Shown here in pieces: positions 9,001 through 14,280 of a stretch of 34,992 bases of DNA. The stretch covers positions 1 through 34,992 of the forward strand of contig DASTDQ010000725.1 of NCBI GenBank assembly GCA_035710305.1. Direction: 5' to 3'. The notes below the pieces were generated by a model. The model worked only from the letters and a program-made list of their open reading frames with translations. It was not told the DNA's origin and ran no database searches. Both the position numbers and the translations under genes were made by a program. Source of the DNA: Vicinamibacterales bacterium. Its GTDB lineage: Bacteria > Acidobacteriota > Vicinamibacteria > Vicinamibacterales > UBA2999. Numbering within the stretch: position 1 is the stretch's first letter; each line of letters starts with the position of its first letter.

Positions 9001-11126
9001 ACCAGTCCAAAGTCGCTACCCGAGGCCAGGGCCTCACCGAGCGCCTCGACCTCGCGCGCTTCCGGCAGGAGCACCACGCGTCGTCCGGCGATGAGCGGTG
9101 AGATCAGGCTCGTGATGGTCGCATCGAATCCAAGCGAGGATTGCACCGGGGCCCCACTCCCCTCGGCGAGGGGATACGTCCGCGTGCACCAGTCAAGATA
9201 GTTCGCTACGCTCGCATGCTCGATCATCGTCCCCTTGGGCCGTCCGGTCGACCCTGAGGTGTACATCACGTACGCCAGATGGCGTGGCGTCACGTCGGTT
9301 CGACGATTCACGGTGTAATCGGCGTCGTCCCGCCCACCGTGATCGACGCATTCCACCGTGGCCGAACCGGCAGCAATCTCCTCGCGCAGGTGTTCCTGTG
9401 TCAGGACAAGCTCAGCCCCACAGTCCTCGAGCATGTACTGCAGACGCTGTTTCGGGTAGTCGCGAGGCAATGGTACGTACGCGCCACCGGCCTTGAGGAC
9501 GCCCAGGATGGCGGCCAACATCTCCGGGCCTCGCTCCATGAACAGGCCCACCAGCGCGTTGGGCTTCACTCCGAGTTCCGCCAGACGAACAGCCAGCCGA
9601 TTGGCCCAGCGATCCAATACCGAATACGTCACCGACCGGTCTTCGAAGACCAGGGCCACCGAGTCGGGAGTCTTAGCCGCCTGCTCCTCGAACATCTGAT
9701 GAACGCAACGCGGGCCAGTGAGCGACACCTGCGTGTCATTCCAGTCGACCAGGAGTTGCTGGCGCTCCGCCGTGGTCAACATCGGGATGTCGTCGATGCG
9801 CGGATTGGCGTCGCTCAGCAGGCCGTCGAGCAGCATCTCGAGGTGCGCCAGCATTCGCCCGACGGCCGCCGCGTCGAAACGGCTGCCGTCGTAGTCGATG
9901 CGCAGCGACAATCGCTCGCCCGGGCCAACGACCACTATGAGCGGATAGTTGGTACGCGACTCGGCCACATCCTCCCGAACCGCCAGTCCGCCCGCATTTC
10001 CGTCCGAAAAGGGCCGCACGGGGTAGTTTTCGAAGACGAACGCACTCTCGAAGAGCGGAGTCGCCGACGGCACGCCGCTCCAGCGTTGAATGTCGACGAG
10101 AGACGCGTACTCGTACTCGCGTTGTTCGACCTGCTGGCGCTGAATGCTCGTCAACAAGGAGAGCACGGGCACATCTGCCAACACTCGCGCGCGCACGGGC
10201 AGCATCGTGATGAACAGACCGACCATCGATTCAGAACCACTAAGGTCGGCCGGACGACCCGACGATGTGGTGCCGTAGACGACGTCATCGGTGCCGCCAT
10301 AACGGCTCAGGAGGATCGCCCAGGCCCCCTGCACGACCGTATTGAGCGTCAGGTTGTGGCGGCGAGCGAACGCCTGCAGCGCGGCTGTCCTGGCCGCGGA
10401 GATCTGGACGCGTTCGCTGCCGAACGCTTCTCGCGTCCCGACAGTCGCACGGCGTCGGTTGACTCCGAGCGGCGTCGGGGCCTCGAACCCCTTGAGCCTT
10501 TCACGCCAGAAGGTCTCGGCCGCTGTCGGGTTCCGTGCCATGAGCCAGGCGACGAAGTCCCTGAAAGGCCGTGGCGGTGGCACTTGTGGCTCGACGCCGC
10601 GGCGCAGTGCGTCGTAGAAGACCTGCACTTCGTGCAGCACGACAGCGACGCTCCAGCCGTCCAGGAGCACGTGATGGAACGTCCAGAAAAACCTGTAGGC
10701 GTCCTCCGACAGCCGGATGAGCGCCATTCGCATCAGCGGCGCGCGATCGAGTCGAAGCGGTCTCTGCCGCTCCTCAGCGACGAAATCAGCAAGACGGGCT
10801 TGGTGTTCTGCCGCAGGCACCTCGCGCCAGTCCTCGTTGATCCACGGCAGGTCCACGCGCGACCGCACCAGCTGCAGCGGCCCCTTCTCGCCTTCCAACG
10901 CAAACGCCGTGCGCAGCACGGCATGCCTGTCGACCACGAGCTGCCACGCGCGCTGGAACGCGGCCGCATCGAGCTTCCCTTCGATCGTGTAGCCGAGCCG
11001 TTCGACATAGACGCCGGACTCCGGCGAGTACAGAGTGTGGAACAGCAGGCCACGCTGGAGCGGCGTCAGCGGATAGATGTCCGCGACCCTCCCTCGCGTA
11101 GCCGGCGATTTCGACGGACGCGTCAC
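1..11126 (-). CDS. NRPS-4, 3'-truncated by the window edge (at least 3708 codons): C(DCL-like)-A(Asn code)-T-C(LCL)-A(Gly code)-T-C(LCL)-A(Thr code)-T(GGDS)-C''(divergent)-A(start only)
   Basis: Not in the supplied ORF track: there is no in-window stop and the frame runs off the left edge. From my own reverse-complement reading, GTG at 11126-11124 directly follows the TGA (11129-11127) of the upstream gene. Motifs found, in order: [18 protein letters not shown] (~11090-11040); HHVLLDGWS (10676-10650); [11 protein letters not shown] (~9270-9235); FDATIT / VKLTPAH / FVIGGE / [12 protein letters not shown] (~9130-8800; 10-residue code DATKVGEVGK, Asn-like); DFFELGGHS (Ser codon 8075-8073); [11 protein letters not shown] (~7890); HHIVTDGWS (7496-7470); SFDISVLE / MQATPATW / LCGGE / [11 protein letters not shown] (~5925-5640; DILQLGMVWK, Gly-like); [10 protein letters not shown] (Ser 4913-4911); [11 protein letters not shown] (~4720); HHIVSDGWS (4337-4311); FDFSVWE / LNQTPSAF / VVFGGE / [11 protein letters not shown] (~2775-2440; DFWNVGMVHK, Thr-like); NFFELGGDS (Ser 1706-1704); [13 protein letters not shown] (~1490-1450); [11 protein letters not shown] (1100-1068); and a C-A linker plus A start, LLEEWNDT...[17 protein letters not shown], down to nt 3. 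All checkpoints share one frame (codon first bases = 2 mod 3). Every listed minus-strand ORF inside 1-11126 is in a different frame. I did not verify every codon. Confidence 0.9.
   Translation of the reverse strand, partial: [3708 protein letters not shown]
190..1500 (-). other. C'': divergent DCL-clade-like condensation domain following a GGDS-type carrier domain (no E domain in between)
   Basis: [46 protein letters not shown] (~1540-1420) and [11 protein letters not shown] (1100-1068). The E-domain signature TPIQxWFF is absent. Boundaries are approximate. Confidence 0.7.
5100..8305 (-). repeat. Diverged intra-cluster duplication, copy 1: (A-end)-T-C(LCL)-A(Gly) unit, paralogous to 16000-19233
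   Basis: The proteins align closely. Example 1: [66 protein letters not shown] versus [66 protein letters not shown]. Example 2: [35 protein letters not shown] versus [35 protein letters not shown]. By eye the DNA of 8095-8310 and 19021-19240 is about 80-85% identical. The end points are approximate. Confidence 0.6.
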
Positions 11127-12893
11127 TCAGTACCTCCAGCTGCTCGGATCCGCCCCCGGGGGAGCCGTTTCCTTGATGCGCTCGAGAATCCGGGGCACGT
11201 ACATCTGGACGTAGCGTAGTTGGCTGTAGGCAATTCCGCGTTCGTGGTCGCCGTTCCAGCAATGCTCCGCGCGGTCCCCGTAATCGACGACGCCGGCGTA
11301 GGGGGGAGTCGCGGACTTCAGAAACTGCTCTGTCAGGTACACCGCGTTGTTCAGGTAGTAGTTGTCCATGTCTCCGACGTAGATATGGAGCTTCCCCCGG
11401 AGCTTCGGGCCGAGAGTGGACCAGTCGCGCCGCAGGATCCAGGAGAGGTCGTAGTTCTCCTTCCAGTAGTCCGCCACACTTCTATCGATCGCCCCCGTGC
11501 GTTTGTCCCAGATGGGCCGGGGATAGCCGTCGTTCCCCACGGGGGAGTAGACGGCCTGCCAGATGTCCCATTGACCGCCCGAGCGGCCCCGGCTTGCGAG
11601 GGCCAGCTCGAGATGGTTCAACTGCTCGAGCGTGCCGCTCACATGGCCGAGATAGTTGCGGCGCCCGGGACGGGGTGTCCGGCGGAACGGTCCGTCGATC
11701 CAGTAGGCGTTGGCGTCCTCGTAGAGGTTCACCACGGTGTAAGCCCGGAAATCGATCGGATCAGGGCAGGCAACGAACGCGCCGTTGTACTGGTCCGGAT
11801 AGAAGACCTGCGCCGCCATCGCCTCCCACCCGCCGGTGGATCCGCCGTAGAGGAACCGGGCCCATCCCTCTCCGATCCCTCGAAACTGCTTCTCGATGTA
11901 AGGAATCAACTCGTGGGTGATTGCGTCTCCGTACGGTCCGAGGTTCGCCGAGTTCACGGCGTAGGAAGCGTCGTAGTACGGATTGGCGTGCTGGATCTGC
12001 ACGACCAGCATGCGCGGAAAGCCCGGGCTGATCCAATCCTTGTACAGCGCGTACGCCGCCTCCTCTCGCACGCGGTTGTAGCAGTCCACGCCGTACCGGG
12101 CGTTGTACACGCACGGGGCCTTCTCGTCGGGCGGATCGGTGCGCCAACCATCGAAGTCTCTCGTGAAGTGACCGTGAAAGACGGCCAGCGGATAGCGAAC
12201 CTCCGGGTGCTCTGCGTAGCCGGCCGGGAGCAGCACGTGAGCTCCCAGATAGACATCCGTGCCCCAGAACTTTGACAACAGCGTGCTCTTGATGCGCACG
12301 TGCTTCACCCACGGCGTGTCTTTCGGCGGATCGAGCGGCGGAATCGTCTGATCGAGGGTCAACTCGACCACGTCGTCCTTTGCAGGATCCACGCGCCGCT
12401 CGATCGGCAGCGAATAGAGATTGCCCGGCTTCCTCGCCCACTGCTGCCCCTCTCCCATGTCCGGCGGCAGCGACACCGTATGGCCATCGGCGCGTGTGTA
12501 GGTTCGATAGCGGTTGAGCAGCGCCTGCACGCGATAGTTCCCGGGGGGCAGCCCTGCGAGGCCGGACACGGGATACCCGAATGCCGCCCCGTCAACCGTT
12601 CGCCTGCTGCCCGGCATCCAGCTCTCTACGTCCACACCAAATACCTGGGCAGACTGAGGGCCGTCGTTCACCTGGAACCTCGGCTCACCGGCGGCAGCCG
12701 CGGATACCAACACGAGAAGGCGGCCCTGGAGCGCTTCGCGGGCCGCACCGTCAGGCAAAGTGATCGTGAATTTCAGCGAGGTCTCCGACGCGACAACCTG
12801 AGACAAGGGCACGTCGGGGCCCGTCGCACGTCCGCATCCGGCAGCCAAAGCGATGCACGGCACCGCCGCTCGAAGGATCGCCGGGGCTCTCAC
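11127..12893 (-). CDS. Exported lipoprotein, alpha/beta-hydrolase esterase (esterase-D / enterochelin-esterase-like 'putative esterase' type)
   Basis: The track ORF is 11127-13019. My preferred start is GTG 12893-12891, 19 nt after the SGNH stop; the longer ORF would overlap the upstream gene by 107 nt. From that start the protein reads VRAPAILRAAVPCIALAAG|C, a lipobox with its Cys codon at 12836-12834. The nucleophile elbow is LYGGSTGGW (Ser codon 11840-11838). GDMDNYY and AEHCWNGDH further on are candidate Asp/His. The family assignment is from memory of the GxSxG context (FHGHF..., GGSTGGWEA...YPD.Y), not from a search. Confidence 0.85.
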   Translation of the reverse strand: MRAPAILRAAVPCIALAAGCGRATGPDVPLSQVVASETSLKFTITLPDGAAREALQGRLLVLVSAAAAGEPRFQVNDGPQSAQVFGVDVESWMPGSRRTVDGAAFGYPVSGLAGLPPGNYRVQALLNRYRTYTRADGHTVSLPPDMGEGQQWARKPGNLYSLPIERRVDPAKDDVVELTLDQTIPPLDPPKDTPWVKHVRIKSTLLSKFWGTDVYLGAHVLLPAGYAEHPEVRYPLAVFHGHFTRDFDGWRTDPPDEKAPCVYNARYGVDCYNRVREEAAYALYKDWISPGFPRMLVVQIQHANPYYDASYAVNSANLGPYGDAITHELIPYIEKQFRGIGEGWARFLYGGSTGGWEAMAAQVFYPDQYNGAFVACPDPIDFRAYTVVNLYEDANAYWIDGPFRRTPRPGRRNYLGHVSGTLEQLNHLELALASRGRSGGQWDIWQAVYSPVGNDGYPRPIWDKRTGAIDRSVADYWKENYDLSWILRRDWSTLGPKLRGKLHIYVGDMDNYYLNNAVYLTEQFLKSATPPYAGVVDYGDRAEHCWNGDHERGIAYSQLRYVQMYVPRILERIKETAPPGADPSSWRY

Positions 12894-12912
12894 GCCGATT
12901 GATGTCCTCAGC

Positions 12913-14241
12913 CTACCGATCGTGGTCGTACAGTTGGTCGTAGAGTGCCTTTGCGATGAGGGTGTGGCCCAACGCATTAGGGTGAAGCCGATCCCACCCT
13001 GCGATGACCAGTTGGTCATATCCCGCTGCTTCGAAGGAACCTTCCAGTCGAATCACTTCGAACCCCGCCCGCGTCGACTCGTGCTCGACAATGTCGTAGA
13101 TCAGCCGATACGTGCTCTCGTACCTCTTCTCTTCCACCAAGTAAGGGACGATCACCACCAGCACCCGGAATCCATGCTGGCGCTGCAGCCTGCCGAGTTC
13201 TCCAAGGGCGTATCGCAGCTTGCCGATCCTGGCATGAGACAAGTAGTTCGCGACACGGAACCGGGATGCAGCGGAACCATTCGTCTCCATTTCAGTCTTC
13301 AGGCGGCTCATGATTGCGCCCAGTTCCGCGTCACCTGTCGTGTCAGCGATGTAGTCCCTGTTGTCGGCGGCGAAATTGGCCTCGAGGTTGGCGCGCATGT
13401 TGTCTCGACCGAGCCCGGCAGTGTCCAGGCGCGACCTGACGAACTGGAAGAGCCGGATTCTGTAGATCGGCGACCCGTATCTGCGCGCCCTCAGAATGTA
13501 CTCGACGTTGGTACTGGCGACTTCCACATCGTTCACGACATAACCGACCACGACGACGTCTGGCTTGTACTGAATGCCGATGTCCTTCAGCGTCGCGACC
13601 TCCTGCAGCGTATCGTAGCCGCCGAGAGCCATATTCAGGACCTCGACGGCGCGGCCCTTTTGACGCAGCATGTCGTCTAACCGTCTCGCAAAAGACTCGT
13701 TGGGTCCCAGGGAGTTGCCGAACGCCACTGAGTCGCCGACGACGACGACGCGGCTGGTGCCGGCGGGCTTTTGCAGTTCGTACTCCCTGTCCCTGAATCC
13801 GCGGGAATTGATCCTGACGTGGGTGCCCCATGCATACCCTTCCGCAAATGGCGTCGCCTCGTAGATTCGCTCCTTGACCGACGACGGCCGCAGAATCAGC
13901 TCTCGCCCGTTTGCCAGTTCTCCGAAAGGGTTGTAGTCGAACACGCGCAGGACGGCCTCGATGACCAACAACGGCGTCACGATGGACGCCAGAAGAAGAA
14001 CGGCCTCGCCTCTCCCTGGAACCTTCACCGAGAGCCGGATGGAGTGACGCCTGACGACCAGATACGCCCCGAGCGCCACCAACACGATCTGCGCCACGGC
14101 GATACCGGCAAGCATCGTGGAATTGGCTATGTGGTGGTCGGACACGAAGGCCGCTTCGATGACCCACTTGTTGAACAGGACGCCCGTCGCGATCGACAGG
14201 CCTCCCAAGCAGAGCATCGCCGTATGTCGTTGTACCTTCAT
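12913..14241 (-). CDS. Membrane-anchored SGNH/GDSL-family hydrolase (3 N-terminal TM segments, catalytic domain predicted outside the membrane)
   Basis: 442-aa ORF starting at ATG 14241. Hydrophobic segments lie at aa ~8-28, 43-63 and 80-100, with a basic N-terminus (MKVQRH) and a basic loop (RRHSIRLSVKVPGRGE) between TM2 and TM3. All four SGNH blocks are present: I VVVVGDSVAFG (GDS at 13737-13729), II MALGGYD, III VVGYVVNDV, V WDRLHPNALGH (DRLH at 12993-12982). Confidence 0.88.
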   Translation of the reverse strand: MKVQRHTAMLCLGGLSIATGVLFNKWVIEAAFVSDHHIANSTMLAGIAVAQIVLVALGAYLVVRRHSIRLSVKVPGRGEAVLLLASIVTPLLVIEAVLRVFDYNPFGELANGRELILRPSSVKERIYEATPFAEGYAWGTHVRINSRGFRDREYELQKPAGTSRVVVVGDSVAFGNSLGPNESFARRLDDMLRQKGRAVEVLNMALGGYDTLQEVATLKDIGIQYKPDVVVVGYVVNDVEVASTNVEYILRARRYGSPIYRIRLFQFVRSRLDTAGLGRDNMRANLEANFAADNRDYIADTTGDAELGAIMSRLKTEMETNGSAASRFRVANYLSHARIGKLRYALGELGRLQRQHGFRVLVVIVPYLVEEKRYESTYRLIYDIVEHESTRAGFEVIRLEGSFEAAGYDQLVIAGWDRLHPNALGHTLIAKALYDQLYDHDR

Positions 14242-14280
14242 GACGCCGGGGTGGAGTGACGATCGAACGGACCGGAACGG

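Noticed and set aside
1900-9760. The predicted Asn-Gly-Thr tripeptide from NRPS-4 equals an N-x-T glycosylation sequon, and it contains the deamidation-prone Asn-Gly pair.
   Set aside because: Most likely coincidence. No glycosyltransferase or oligosaccharyltransferase is in the window, and the residue predictions themselves are only code-based.
11124-11129. The esterase stop codon TGA is in the same frame as, and immediately followed by, the GTG start of NRPS-4. I considered stop-codon readthrough, selenocysteine or a fused protein.
   Set aside because: The esterase is a predicted exported lipoprotein and the NRPS is cytoplasmic, so a fusion makes no biological sense. Sharing a frame happens by chance one time in three. 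I saw no SECIS-like hairpin. Simple translational coupling is the better explanation.
12894-13019. N-terminal extension of the esterase ORF (MTNWSSQGGIGFTLMRWATPSSQRHSTTNCTTTIGRLRTSIG).
   Set aside because: It would overlap the SGNH gene by 107 nt and place 42 non-signal residues in front of an otherwise well-formed lipoprotein signal peptide. The GTG at 12893 gives a clean signal peptide and a 19-nt spacer.
14242-14280. The largest intergenic gap (39 nt), examined for an internal promoter, terminator hairpin or strong Shine-Dalgarno sequence.
   Set aside because: There is no convincing stem-loop plus U-tract and no recognisable -35/-10 pair, only a short imperfect direct repeat (CCGTTC...CCGTTC). 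It is too short and featureless to call.
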